Positions 48,138-57,946 of a stretch of DNA of 64,000 nt are shown here, in pieces. The notes beneath the pieces are model-generated. The model was not told the DNA's origin. It made no database searches and was given only the letters and a program-made list of their open reading frames with translations. Position 1 is the first letter of the stretch. Every line of letters begins with the position of its first letter. The translations under genes and the position numbers were made by a program. Location of the stretch: positions 40,123 through 104,122 of the forward strand of contig JAWLBL010000030.1 in NCBI GenBank assembly GCA_041687695.1, given 5' to 3'. Origin of the DNA: Myxococcota bacterium (lineage in GTDB: Bacteria > Myxococcota_A > UBA9042 > PHBI01 > JAWLBL01).

Positions 48138-49499
48138 TCAGGCGCCGGCGCGCTCGGCGACGAAGTCTTCGAGGCGGGCGCGGATGGCGGCGAGGTGTTC
48201 GGCGGTGTCGGCCTCGGCGCGCAGGACGATGACCGGCTGCGTGTTCGAGGCGCGGATGAGGCCCCAGCCGTAGCCGAAATCGACGCGGGCGCCGTCGATG
48301 TCGACGACGCCGCGGGTGTCGGGGTGGGCGCGGAAGTGGGCGGTCGCCTCTTCGACCACGCGGAACTTCACCTCGTCCGGGCAGTCCAGGCGGATCTCGG
48401 GGGTGAGGTGGGTCGTGGGCACGTCGGCGAGCAGGGTCGACAGCGGCCGGTCGGTGCGGCTGAGCAGCTCTAGCAGGCGAGCGCCGGCGTAGACGGCGTC
48501 GTCGAAGCCGAACCAGCGGTGGGCGAAGAAGATGTGGCCGCTCATCTCGCCGGCCAGCAGGGCGCCCTCGGCCTTCATGCGCTCCTTGATGATGCTGTGG
48601 CCGACGGCGCTCATGACGGGGCGGCCGCCGTGAGCCGCGATGTCGTCGAAGAGCGTCTTGGAGCACTTGACCTCGCTGACGATGCAGGCCCCGGGGTTGT
48701 CCCGCAGGATGTCGCGGGCCAGCAGGATCATCAGCCGGTCGCCCCACAGGATCTCGCCCGCGTCGTCGACCACGCCGATGCGGTCGGCGTCGCCGTCGAA
48801 GGCCAGCCCGAGGTCGGCCCCTTCGGCGCGCACCCGCGCGATGAGCTCGTCCAGGTTCTCGGCGACCGTCGGGTCGGGGTGGTGGTTGGGGAAGCGGCCG
48901 TCCATGTCGGTGTACATGGGGACGACGTCCAGCCCGAGCCGCCGGTACAGGGCCAGCGCGGGCGGTCCGCCGGTGCCGTTGCCGCCGTCGATGACCACCT
49001 TGAGGGGGCGCGGGCCCAGCTGCAGGTTGGCGGCCACGTAGTCGACGTACTCGTCCAGGATCGGGCGGTCGACGACGCGCCCCTGCCCGACCTCGAAGTC
49101 GCGGGCTTCGATGAGGCGGCGCAGCGTGGTGATCTGCTCGCCGTGCAGCGAGCCCTTGCCGCGCATCATCTTGAAGCCGTTGTAGTCCGCGGGGTTGTGG
49201 CTGCCCGTGATCTCGACCCCGCCGTCCGCGTCGGTGTGGAAGACCGAGAAGTACAGCACGGGGCTGGGGACGACGCCGACGTCGAGGACCTCGAGCCCGG
49301 TCGAGAGCAGGCCCGAGAGGAAGGCGGCGTGCAGGCGCGGGCCGTGCAGGCGGCAGTCGCGGCCGAGGCACACGCGGCGACCGCCGTCGCGGCGGATGAG
49401 CGTGCCGTAGGCGCGGCCGAGGTCGGTCGCCACCTCGTCGGTGAGGTCGCGGTCGGCGACGCCGCGGACGTCATAGGCGCGGAAGATCTGCGGGTTCAA
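48138..49499 (-). CDS. Phosphomannomutase/phosphoglucomutase (AlgC/ManB-like)
   Basis: IFRAYDVRG, TGSHNP, FDGDADR, GEMSGH. TTG start overlaps the manC stop. Confidence 0.95.
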   Translation of the reverse strand: MNPQIFRAYDVRGVADRDLTDEVATDLGRAYGTLIRRDGGRRVCLGRDCRLHGPRLHAAFLSGLLSTGLEVLDVGVVPSPVLYFSVFHTDADGGVEITGSHNPADYNGFKMMRGKGSLHGEQITTLRRLIEARDFEVGQGRVVDRPILDEYVDYVAANLQLGPRPLKVVIDGGNGTGGPPALALYRRLGLDVVPMYTDMDGRFPNHHPDPTVAENLDELIARVRAEGADLGLAFDGDADRIGVVDDAGEILWGDRLMILLARDILRDNPGACIVSEVKCSKTLFDDIAAHGGRPVMSAVGHSIIKERMKAEGALLAGEMSGHIFFAHRWFGFDDAVYAGARLLELLSRTDRPLSTLLADVPTTHLTPEIRLDCPDEVKFRVVEEATAHFRAHPDTRGVVDIDGARVDFGYGWGLIRASNTQPVIVLRAEADTAEHLAAIRARLEDFVAERAGA

Positions 49500-50554
49500 A
49501 GGAGGTCCTCTCGGCCGAGGGCGCGCAGGCGATCGACGACCTCGCGCAGGCGCTGGGCCGACTCGCGGGGGGCGACCAGGGTGGCGTCGGGGGTGTGGAC
49601 GACGATGAGGTCCGACACGCCGACCGTGGCGACGAGGCCGCCGTCGGCGAACAGGACGTTGCCGCCGCCGTCGAGCTCGACGACGGGGCCCTGGGCGAAC
49701 GACGGCTGGTCGTCCTGGCGGAAGTCGTAGAGCGAGCGCCACGAGCCGACGTCGGACCAGCCGAAGGCGCCGGGGAGGACGGCGACGCGCGACGAGCGCT
49801 CCATGACGGCGTAGTCGACGCTGATGGACGGGAGCCCCGGGTACACGGAGGCGACGAGGTCCGGGGCGGGCGCGTCGACGTCGAGCGCGTCCAGCCCCTG
49901 GCGCAGCTCGGGCTCGAAGGCGGCGAGCTCGTCGAGCATGAGCTGCGCGGGCGCGAAGAACATCCCGGCGTTCCAGAGGTAGCCGCCCTCGGCCAGCCAG
50001 CGCGTCGCCGTGGCGAGATCGGGCTTTTCCTTGAAGGCGGCGACGGTGAAGGCGCCCGGCGCGGCCACGAGCGGCTCGCCCGCCCGGATGTAGCCGTAGC
50101 CGGTCTCGGGGTGGGTGGGCTGGATGCCGACCGTGACGATGACCCCCTCGCGGGCAATGTTCGCGGCCCGTTGGCAGATCGCGCGGAAGCCGTCCTCGTC
50201 GGCGATGTGGTGGTCGGCGGGCAGGATCATCAGCACGGCGTCGGGATCGCGGCGGCGAACGGCCAGCGCCGCCCAGCCGATGGCGGCGGCCGTGTTGCGG
50301 CCGACCGGCTCCTCGAGGACGTTGACGGCGGGGACGTCGGGCAGCAGCGCGCGGGTGGCGGCGCCCAGCGTCGTCGAGGTCACGACGAGCTGTCGCTCGG
50401 GCGGCGTCAGCGGGGCGACGCGATCGCTGGTCTTCTTCAGCATCGGGCCGTCGCCGAACAGATCGAGGAGCTGCTTGGGGCGGCGGGCCCGCGACAGCGG
50501 CCAGAAGCGGCTGCCGACGCCGCCGGCCATGATGACGGTCCAGACGTTCTGCAT
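49496..50554 (-). CDS. manC: Mannose-1-phosphate guanylyltransferase
   Basis: IMAGGVGSRFWPLSR, EPVGRNTA, PADH, ETGYGYI, FKEKP, WNAGMF, WSDVGSW. Confidence 0.93.
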   Translation of the reverse strand: MQNVWTVIMAGGVGSRFWPLSRARRPKQLLDLFGDGPMLKKTSDRVAPLTPPERQLVVTSTTLGAATRALLPDVPAVNVLEEPVGRNTAAAIGWAALAVRRRDPDAVLMILPADHHIADEDGFRAICQRAANIAREGVIVTVGIQPTHPETGYGYIRAGEPLVAAPGAFTVAAFKEKPDLATATRWLAEGGYLWNAGMFFAPAQLMLDELAAFEPELRQGLDALDVDAPAPDLVASVYPGLPSISVDYAVMERSSRVAVLPGAFGWSDVGSWRSLYDFRQDDQPSFAQGPVVELDGGGNVLFADGGLVATVGVSDLIVVHTPDATLVAPRESAQRLREVVDRLRALGREDLL

Positions 50555-50639
50555 GGTGCCCGCTGGGAAGGTGAGGCCGTGGGCTGTAGTAGATGCGCGC
50601 AGCGATTGCAAGGGAGCGACCCCCGCGAGCGCCGGCGCC

Positions 50640-51638
50640 TCAGCGGGCGACGCCCGGGAGCCCCATCCGGTCGCGGACCTCGGCCATGGTCTGCTGGGCG
50701 ATGGCGCGGGCGCGCAGGCCGCCGTCGTGCAGCACCTGCCACACGTCGTCCGGGCGGGCGCGCCACGCCTCGGCGGCCTCGCGCATCGGGCCGAAGCGGC
50801 GCTCCATGGCCTCGTTCAGCAGCTTCTTGCAGTCGAAGCAGCCGATGCCGGCGCTGCGGCAGGCGCCGTCGACGTGCTCGAGGGTCTCGGCGCTCGAGAA
50901 GAAGCCGTGCAGCGAGAAGACGTTGCAGACCTCGGGGTCGCCGGGGTCCTTGCGGCGCAGGCGCTGCGGGTCGGTGAAGGCGTTCTTGAGCTTGTCCCAG
51001 CGCTCGGCCTCGCCCTCGAGCAGGGCGACGTAGTTGCCCTTGGACTTGCTCATCTTCGCCTGGCCGTCGAGGCCCATGACCCGCCGGGCGGGCGTCAGCA
51101 GGGCCTGCGGCTCGGGGAAGTAGCCCTCGCCGAAGCGGTGGTTCCAGCGGCGGGCGATGTCTCGGCTCAGCTCGAGGTGCTGCAGCTGGTCCTCGCCCAC
51201 CGGGACCACGCCGGCCCGGTACAGCAGGATGTCCGCGGCCTGCAGCACCGGGTAGGTGAACAGGCCCACGTTCACGTTGTGCTGGTGCTGGTCGGCCTTG
51301 TCCTTGAACTGCGTCATCCGCCCGAGGTCGCCGTACATGGTGACCGTGTTGAAGATCCACGCGAGCTCGGTGTGCTCGGGGACCATCGACTGGGCGAAGA
51401 GGATGGCGCGGTTCGGGTCGACGCCGGCGGCGAGCAGCGCCACGCCGACCTCGAAGATGGCCTGGCGGAACTCGACGGGGTCGTACACCACGGTCGTCGC
51501 GTGGTGGTCGACGATGCAGTAGATGCAGTCGTGCTCGGCCTGGAGGCTCACCCAGTTCCGGATGGCCCCCAGGTAGTTGCCGATGTGCACGATGCCCGTG
51601 GGCTGGATGCCCGAGAACAGACGCTGCTTGCCGGTCAT
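50640..51638 (-). CDS. trpS: Tryptophan-tRNA ligase
   Basis: SGIQPTG, HIGN, YPVLQAADIL, VGEDQ, KMSKS. Confidence 0.97.
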   Translation of the reverse strand: MTGKQRLFSGIQPTGIVHIGNYLGAIRNWVSLQAEHDCIYCIVDHHATTVVYDPVEFRQAIFEVGVALLAAGVDPNRAILFAQSMVPEHTELAWIFNTVTMYGDLGRMTQFKDKADQHQHNVNVGLFTYPVLQAADILLYRAGVVPVGEDQLQHLELSRDIARRWNHRFGEGYFPEPQALLTPARRVMGLDGQAKMSKSKGNYVALLEGEAERWDKLKNAFTDPQRLRRKDPGDPEVCNVFSLHGFFSSAETLEHVDGACRSAGIGCFDCKKLLNEAMERRFGPMREAAEAWRARPDDVWQVLHDGGLRARAIAQQTMAEVRDRMGLPGVAR

Positions 51639-51648
51639 CGCGGTCCGA

Positions 51649-52719
51649 TCACTGCTCGATGATGTGGAACTCGACGCGGCGGTTGATCTCGCCCTTGGGA
51701 TCGTTCTTGTCGAGCAGCTGCTCCTCGCCGTAGCCGACGCTGGTGAGCCGCGAGGGCTCGACGCCCGCCTCGATGAGGTACGTCCGCACCGCGTCGGCGC
51801 GGGCCTGGCTGAGCTTCTTGTTGTACTTGTCCGAGCCCTGGATGTCGGTGTGGCCCTCGATGCGGATCTTCATCTTCGGCCGCTTGACGAGGACGTCCGC
51901 CACCTCGTTGAGCAGGTCGAAGCTCTTCGGGAGGATCTTGGCCTTGTTGTAGGCGAAGAAGATCTTCTGCTTGAGCTCGATCTTGGTCGGACCCACGACG
52001 ATGTTCTTGTAGGTGACGATGTCGGGGCAGCCGTCCTCGTCCTGGTCGCCGTCGAAGTCCTCGGGCTCGTTCGGGCACTGATCCCGGACGTCCGGGATGC
52101 CGTCCTTGTCGTTGTCGGGATCCGGGCACCCGTCGAGGTCCTCGAACCCATCGAGGTCCTCGGGCTCGTTCGGGCACTGGTCGACCGAGTCGAGGATCTT
52201 GTCCCCGTCGTTGTCGGGGTCGGGGCAGCCGTCCTCGTCCTGGAACCCGTCGAAGTCCTCGGGCTCGAGCGGGCACTTGTCCACGTCGTCGCGGATGCCG
52301 TCGCCGTCCTTGTCGAACTCGGGGCAGCCGTCGTCGTCCTGGTAGCCGTCGAAGTTCTCGGGCTCGTCCGGGCACTTGTCGACGCTGTCGCGGAAGCCGT
52401 CGCCGTCGCGATCACCCTCGCAGTGCGGGTTCTTGATCGCCTCCCACACCTCGGCCGCCCGCTGCTCGGCCAACGTCAGGTGCTTGCGCGCCCGCATCGT
52501 CTGGCCGGCGTCGGCCTCGTAGTTGGCGAAGTCGAGGTGCGCCTCGGCCTCGGCGAGCTGGCGGGGCGCGCAGATGAGGGCGCGCTCGTGGACGGGCTTG
52601 AGCGCGTCCTTGATGGTCCGGGTCTGCTTGACCACGTGGCTCCGCGACGCGCACCCCGACACGGGCAGCGCGAGCAGGCCGAGCGTGGAGACCACCACCG
52701 CGAGACGAGCGCCCATCAT
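51649..52719 (-). CDS. OmpA-family lipoprotein with thrombospondin type-3-like Ca-binding repeats
   Basis: Lipobox VSGC, four D-x-D-x-DG...DxCPxEPEDxDG...DGCP repeats, IEGHTD...LSQARA...NRRVEF. Confidence 0.92.
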   Translation of the reverse strand: MMGARLAVVVSTLGLLALPVSGCASRSHVVKQTRTIKDALKPVHERALICAPRQLAEAEAHLDFANYEADAGQTMRARKHLTLAEQRAAEVWEAIKNPHCEGDRDGDGFRDSVDKCPDEPENFDGYQDDDGCPEFDKDGDGIRDDVDKCPLEPEDFDGFQDEDGCPDPDNDGDKILDSVDQCPNEPEDLDGFEDLDGCPDPDNDKDGIPDVRDQCPNEPEDFDGDQDEDGCPDIVTYKNIVVGPTKIELKQKIFFAYNKAKILPKSFDLLNEVADVLVKRPKMKIRIEGHTDIQGSDKYNKKLSQARADAVRTYLIEAGVEPSRLTSVGYGEEQLLDKNDPKGEINRRVEFHIIEQ

Positions 52720-53075
52720 CGCGCACCCCCGGTCGCCGGCTTGGCCTTGGCCCGCTCGGCGCGCTCGCGCAGCATCGCCTGGACGGCCTGCAGCGCGTAG
52801 TCCTTGGCCCGGACCGCATACAGCCGAGCCTGCTCGAACTCGGAGTAGCCCTCGGTCTGCTTGGCCTTGATGAGGAACGAGTACGCCTGCCAATACAGGT
52901 ACGGCGCGGTCTGGACCGCCACGGCGTCGGGCAGGACCTCGCCTGCGCCCGCCTCGCGCGCCTTGTCGACCTCGACCTCGGCCTCACGCACCGCGGTCGA
53001 CGTCGTCAACGGGGCACAGGCCCCGAGCGCACCGGCCATCAGCGCGGCCATCATCACTCTGCGCAGTGCCTTCAC
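52716..53075 (-). CDS. Small lipoprotein, DUF4398-like
   Basis: Lipobox LGAC, APYLYWQAYSFLIKAK. Coupled to the OmpA gene by an ATGA overlap. Confidence 0.7.
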   Translation of the reverse strand: MKALRRVMMAALMAGALGACAPLTTSTAVREAEVEVDKAREAGAGEVLPDAVAVQTAPYLYWQAYSFLIKAKQTEGYSEFEQARLYAVRAKDYALQAVQAMLRERAERAKAKPATGGAR

Positions 53076-53128
53076 GAGCAGCCCTCGAGCGGGTCAAGCG
53101 GCGCGCCCACGCACGCCGGACCCTTGCA

Positions 53129-53157
53129 TCGGTACTAGAGGCGCCGGCCCCTGTCAA
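53129..53157 (-). promoter_or_regulatory. Candidate promoter of the lipoprotein-OmpA pair
   Basis: TTGACA-N17-TACCGA. Confidence 0.4.
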
Positions 53158-54234
53158 TCAGACCGGGCCGGGACCCGAGTGTCCACTTGCGCTTTGCTGG
53201 CGCGCGGTTGCGCCGCCCTCTGGCTGGCTGACCAGCGGGCTGTTCTTGTTGAACAGCATGTCGCCCATGAGCAGGATGACGCCGATGGAGATGGAGATGT
53301 CGGCGACGTTGTAGGTCGGCCAGTGCATGAAGCCGAGGTGCATGTCGATGAAGTCGATCACGTACCCGTAACGCAGCCGGTCGATGAAGTTGCCGAGCGC
53401 GCCGGCCAGGATGCCCGCCATGGCCACGTTGATGAGCCAGGCGTTGGGCGGCATGCGGATCATCAGGCCGAGCATCACGATGAGCGCCACGATGGTCAGC
53501 ACCGTGAAGACCAGGTGGCGCGTGTCCGGCGGGAGGCTCTTGAGGAAGCCGAAGGCTGCGCCCGGGTTCTCGGCGTAGGTGAGCTTGAACCAGTCGCCCG
53601 CCACGTCGATCTGGCGATGTTGGATGAGGTAGGTCTCACCGGCCGCCACCGGCTGCTCGGCCGTCAACGCGGCGCCCGAGTTGACCACCGGGTGCATGCG
53701 GCCGGCCAGCACCTCGGGGACCCGGTCCTCGTCCAGCCGTCGGGTGTGCTCGAGCAGCCACGCACCGAACTGGACGTCGCTCAGGTGCGCCTCGGCGAGC
53801 CGCCAGACCTCGCCCGCGTCGGTGCCGGGCAGGGCCATCTTGAGCCAGCGCGGCAGCAGGATGCGCTCGATCTTGTCGATGCGCCGCGGCGCGAGTGACG
53901 CGTCCTGTCGCCAGAAGACGTACCACGCATGGGCCTGCGGCGCCGGGCCGTCGGGCGCGAACACCGGGTCCGTCGGCGCGACCGGGACCGCCGGCGGCAG
54001 CTGCCGCGCGTGCGGCACGACCTCCTGCGCGGCCCGCTCGACCTCCACCCCCAGCCGCGCGGCGACGACCTGCGCCAGCGGCTTGCCCGCGTCGGCTTGC
54101 GTGACGTGGACCGGCAGCGGGTGGTGGGCGTCGGCCAGCGACGTGTCGGCCCAATGCTTCGACCAGAGGTCGAGCGCCAGCCAGATGGCGAAGAGGCTGC
54201 CGAAGACGACGTACTTTCGGACGCGTGGAGACAT
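53158..54234 (-). CDS. lspA: Lipoprotein signal peptidase II with a large insertion
   Basis: LDLWSK, ENPGAAFG, GALGNFIDR, VIDFI, WPTYNVAD. 358 aa. Confidence 0.92.
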   Translation of the reverse strand: MSPRVRKYVVFGSLFAIWLALDLWSKHWADTSLADAHHPLPVHVTQADAGKPLAQVVAARLGVEVERAAQEVVPHARQLPPAVPVAPTDPVFAPDGPAPQAHAWYVFWRQDASLAPRRIDKIERILLPRWLKMALPGTDAGEVWRLAEAHLSDVQFGAWLLEHTRRLDEDRVPEVLAGRMHPVVNSGAALTAEQPVAAGETYLIQHRQIDVAGDWFKLTYAENPGAAFGFLKSLPPDTRHLVFTVLTIVALIVMLGLMIRMPPNAWLINVAMAGILAGALGNFIDRLRYGYVIDFIDMHLGFMHWPTYNVADISISIGVILLMGDMLFNKNSPLVSQPEGGATARQQSASGHSGPGPV

Positions 54235-54270
54235 GGACACCAAGCCTTGTGGGCACGGGCGGGCCGGCGC

Positions 54271-54299
54271 TTTATAGGGGGCCACCCAGCGAGCGTCAA
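54271..54299 (-). promoter_or_regulatory. sigma70-like promoter of lspA
   Basis: TTGACG-N17-TATAAA. Confidence 0.6.
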
Positions 54300-54414
54300 C
54301 GAACCGCCCGGGCCTTTGCTTCCCGGGAGCGCGCGCGGCCCTTCGAAAGCCGAAGGCCGGCCCCCCACGCGGGGTGGGGGCGCCGGCCTCGTCGGACGTT
54401 CACTCGGGCGTCGC

Positions 54415-56361
54415 TCAGGGCGTCGGCGCGGCGCCGCCCTCATTGCCCATCTGCGCCAGCGCGCGGATGAGGTCGGTCGGCAGGATGATGCTCATCGCCA
54501 GGGCCTGGCCGTTGCTGTCGCCGGCCACGACGAAGGACTTGTCCTTGGGCAGGGCCGCGATGGCGGCCCGCTGGGCCTGCAGCTCGGGCACGAAGCTGAA
54601 GGCCTCGAGCGCCGCGCCGATGCGCAGGGCCATGGCGAAGAGGTTGCCACGCGCGGCCTGGGTCAGGGTCGCCTCGCCACCGGTGGCCGGGGGCGTGCCG
54701 ACCGCGGCGGCCGCCTGGCGGATCGCGTTGGGACCCAGCGCCATCGACGTCATCTGACCCTGGAAGGCCATCGCCAGCTCGATATTGTTGCCGACCACGT
54801 CCTTCATGATGGCGTAGGTCTCCGGGTCCTCCTGACGCAGGGGCGTCTTGTCCCAGTCGATGTTGATCTTGACGGCCTCGACCGTCGCGTCGCCCTCCTT
54901 CTGCTCGACGACCTGCATGCTCAGGCCGTACTGCGTGCCCATCTCGGTGGCGAGCTTGGCCAGATCGCTGAAGGTGTTGACCTGAACGGTCGCGGGCAGC
55001 TGGACGCCCTCCTTCTCCATCTCGGCCTTGAGCAGCGCCCAGCCCTTCTTGAACAGCAGGGCGAACAGCTGGTCGTAGGTCTGCTTGGCCTTGGCGGAGT
55101 CGGTCACGCGCGCGGCGCTGACCATGGCCAGCGGGAAGCGGCCATCGGTGTAGATCGAGAAGACCGAGTCACCGGTCGAGACCTCCCAGGCCTGCTCCAA
55201 GAGGCCGCGGAGCTGCTGCTGCTCTTCGGGCGTCATCTTCAGGAGCTGGGCGTAGGTGGCCACCGAGCTCTGCTGGAGGGTCTTGAGCGCCTCGACCTTG
55301 CGGGTGTCCATGTTGCCGGCGAAGCCCAGCCAGGACGTGGCCGGCGCGAGGCTGGTCAGCGTCGGCTCGCTCGCGGCCGACTCGGTGATGAACTGCGCCA
55401 GCGCCGTGCCCTGCTTGGCCGATACGCCCATGCCGACCTGCAGCGCGTCGGCGGGCGCCGCCACGGAGAAGTCCAGCTGCCGCGTCTGATCGAGGAACGC
55501 GAAGATGGCCTCGACGTTCTGCTGCATGGCGAGGTTGGCCCCGGGGACGTCCTCGTCCTGCTGCATCTGCGAGTACGTCTGCTTGAGCATGCGCTCGAAG
55601 TCGTCGATCTCCGCCCCGAACAGGCGGTTGACGTTCTCCATGTTCACCTGGACGGCGATCGGCGTGCCGGGCGTCCACGTGCGGAGGCCGCCGCCGACGT
55701 AGTCCTTGACCTGCGCGAAGACGTCGGCGTGCTGGCTGAAGACGGCCGCGCCCTCGACGAAGTCGACGTACCAGGTCGAGAAGCGGTGCTCGTAGGTGGC
55801 CGCGTGGCCGCCCTGATCACGCTGGGCCGCAGCCGGCAGCGAGGCGAGGACCTTGTCGCGGTCGGCGGCCGGCAGGACCAGCAGCGCGCCGTTGGCGTAC
55901 TGCTTGGGGTTGACGACGACCATCTTGATGGGCGCCGCGCGGTCCAGCCAGGCGATGTCGGTCACGCCGAGCTGCTGCTTGATGTTCTCGACGGCCATCG
56001 AGGACAGGTTCGGGGGGAGCTGGCCGGGGGCGATGGCGTTGCCGATCCGTTGAAAGTCGCCCAGGGCGCCGTCGAGGCTGGGCATGCCGGCGACGAGGAC
56101 GACCGACTCGGGCGAGGTCGGCGCGCCGACGACCTGCGGGGCGCCGGTCGCGGCGCCTGGCTGGGTGCCCGGCTGCGGCGCCTGCCCGGGTTGCCCCGGC
56201 TGGCCGGCCTGCGCATCGCCGGCGGGAGCGCCCGGCGTGGGCTGCTGGGGCGCGGGCTGCTGGGGCGCGGGCTCGTCCTTGCCGCAGCCGGTCACGAGCG
56301 CGAGGCTGGCGACCGCGAGCGACAATGCAGCGATCCTCGCATGACGGGCGAGCATCCTCAT
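54415..56361 (-). CDS. Large lipoprotein of unknown function (648 aa)
   Basis: AGGAG RBS, lipobox VTGC, Gln/Pro/Gly tether, alpha/beta body. Confidence 0.85.
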   Translation of the reverse strand: MRMLARHARIAALSLAVASLALVTGCGKDEPAPQQPAPQQPTPGAPAGDAQAGQPGQPGQAPQPGTQPGAATGAPQVVGAPTSPESVVLVAGMPSLDGALGDFQRIGNAIAPGQLPPNLSSMAVENIKQQLGVTDIAWLDRAAPIKMVVVNPKQYANGALLVLPAADRDKVLASLPAAAQRDQGGHAATYEHRFSTWYVDFVEGAAVFSQHADVFAQVKDYVGGGLRTWTPGTPIAVQVNMENVNRLFGAEIDDFERMLKQTYSQMQQDEDVPGANLAMQQNVEAIFAFLDQTRQLDFSVAAPADALQVGMGVSAKQGTALAQFITESAASEPTLTSLAPATSWLGFAGNMDTRKVEALKTLQQSSVATYAQLLKMTPEEQQQLRGLLEQAWEVSTGDSVFSIYTDGRFPLAMVSAARVTDSAKAKQTYDQLFALLFKKGWALLKAEMEKEGVQLPATVQVNTFSDLAKLATEMGTQYGLSMQVVEQKEGDATVEAVKINIDWDKTPLRQEDPETYAIMKDVVGNNIELAMAFQGQMTSMALGPNAIRQAAAAVGTPPATGGEATLTQAARGNLFAMALRIGAALEAFSFVPELQAQRAAIAALPKDKSFVVAGDSNGQALAMSIILPTDLIRALAQMGNEGGAAPTP

Positions 56362-56417
56362 GGTCCTCTCCTGAGAAGGGTGACTAACGGGTTCGGTGCG
56401 GGATTCGGAAGGCGCGA

Positions 56418-56446
56418 ACACTAGAGCGCCCGTCCCGGGGTGTCAA
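56418..56446 (-). promoter_or_regulatory. sigma70-like promoter of the 648-aa lipoprotein gene
   Basis: TTGACA-N17-TAGTGT. Confidence 0.55.
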
Positions 56447-56485
56447 CGGTCGTGCTTGTGCGTCGCGAGGCCGCGGCGCGTCCGA

Positions 56486-57946
56486 TCAGAAGCGGTGTCC
56501 GACCCCAACGCCGAGGCCCAGCGGGAAGTTCAAGTCACCGACGAGTTCGGCCTCGAGCACGTAGCTGGACATCTGCGCGGTGGCGTAGCCGTACCAGACG
56601 TCGGACAGGCGCACCCGCGCGCCCAGCCCGACCTTCAGGCCGAACCACACCCCGGGGGCCTCCACCGTGGACAGCCGCGTGCACCGCGGGTGGTCGGCGC
56701 CGAAGTGCTTGCAGTCCACGTCCGTCGTCATGCGGATGTCCTGCAGCGTGAAGCCGACCTCGAGCCCCGCCTCGACGAACAGCCTCACGTCGCGCGTGCC
56801 CCCGCTGAGGCCGCCGCCGACGACGAGGCGGCTCGTCAGGAACGACTCGTACAGATCCGCGTTGTCGTCCGGCAGGCTGACCATGTGCAGGGCGCGCGCG
56901 AAGACGTGCGCGCTGCGCGTCGCGTCCCAGGTGGCCCCGATGGACACGCCGGGGCTGTGGAAGAGCGCGCGGGTCCGGCGGTGACGCAGCATCATCACGT
57001 GGGCATAGCCCACCTCGACGCCCCAGCGTGCCGGGCGTTGCGGGCGCAGCATGCTGCCGGTGTCGCGGGCGGCCAACGCGCAGGCGTGCCAGACCGCCAG
57101 CGCCCGGTCGACGCGCTCGGCCACCACCTCGGCCTCGCCGAGCGGGATGCGCTCGCTCGTCGTCAGGGCGCCCGACCGGACGTCGAAGATCGCGACGTGG
57201 AGCACCGGCGCGTCGGGCGTCCCTTCGAGCAGCGCCACGACCCACACGTCGACCTCGAGCGCGCTGGCCAGCGTCGACAGGCGCGCCAGCGGATAGCGCG
57301 CGATCACCTTGTCGGGCAGGCGGGTGAGATCCAGCTGCGCCCCGGCCAGCGCCCGCTCGATCTCCTCGGGATAGTAGCCCTTCTGGATGACCCGCCCCGG
57401 GTCCAGCAGGAACATCTCTCGAAAGGCGATGTGCGCCCGGTTGAGCTCCTTGCGCTCGGCCCACGCGAGGCCGCGATACAGCTCCACGTCCGCCAGCTCG
57501 CGCGGCAGCGTCGCGTCGGCGCCGGCCTCGCGGTACAGCTCGGCGGCGCGGTCGAGCTGCTTGAGCGCCCCGTCCGTCTCGATGGCCCCGTACAGCTCGC
57601 GCCCCAGGGCGAACCGCTCGGCGGCCAGATCCACCGCCTCTCGGTGGCCCCGCGTCCGCGCCAGCAGCTCCCGCACCTGGCTCGCCGGCAGGACCTCGAC
57701 CTGATCGCGCCGCCCGACCAGCGCCTCCAGGCGACGCTGCCACAGGCCGGCCGCCTCGCGCAGGGCCCGCGCCTGCGGCCGCTCCAGGAACACGTCCTCG
57801 GGCTCTCGCGCGTACGACCGCACCGGAAGCACGCCGACGCGCAGCGTCTCCCACCCGCCGGCGGGCAGCGACTGAGCGGCCGCGGGACCCGCCTGCGCCA
57901 AGACCGCGATCACGGCCAGGCACGTCAGGGCGGCGCGTCGTCGCAT
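56486..57946 (-). CDS. Secreted protein with helical (TPR-like) N-half and C-terminal beta-barrel-like domain
   Basis: GAGGAG RBS, signal peptide AAA|Q, amphipathic strands ending VGVGHRF. Confidence 0.75.
   Translation of the reverse strand: MRRRAALTCLAVIAVLAQAGPAAAQSLPAGGWETLRVGVLPVRSYAREPEDVFLERPQARALREAAGLWQRRLEALVGRRDQVEVLPASQVRELLARTRGHREAVDLAAERFALGRELYGAIETDGALKQLDRAAELYREAGADATLPRELADVELYRGLAWAERKELNRAHIAFREMFLLDPGRVIQKGYYPEEIERALAGAQLDLTRLPDKVIARYPLARLSTLASALEVDVWVVALLEGTPDAPVLHVAIFDVRSGALTTSERIPLGEAEVVAERVDRALAVWHACALAARDTGSMLRPQRPARWGVEVGYAHVMMLRHRRTRALFHSPGVSIGATWDATRSAHVFARALHMVSLPDDNADLYESFLTSRLVVGGGLSGGTRDVRLFVEAGLEVGFTLQDIRMTTDVDCKHFGADHPRCTRLSTVEAPGVWFGLKVGLGARVRLSDVWYGYATAQMSSYVLEAELVGDLNFPLGLGVGVGHRF

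Noticed and set aside
52020..52420. Roughly 100-bp-period DNA repeats
   Set aside because: Explained by TSP3-like protein repeats of the OmpA lipoprotein.
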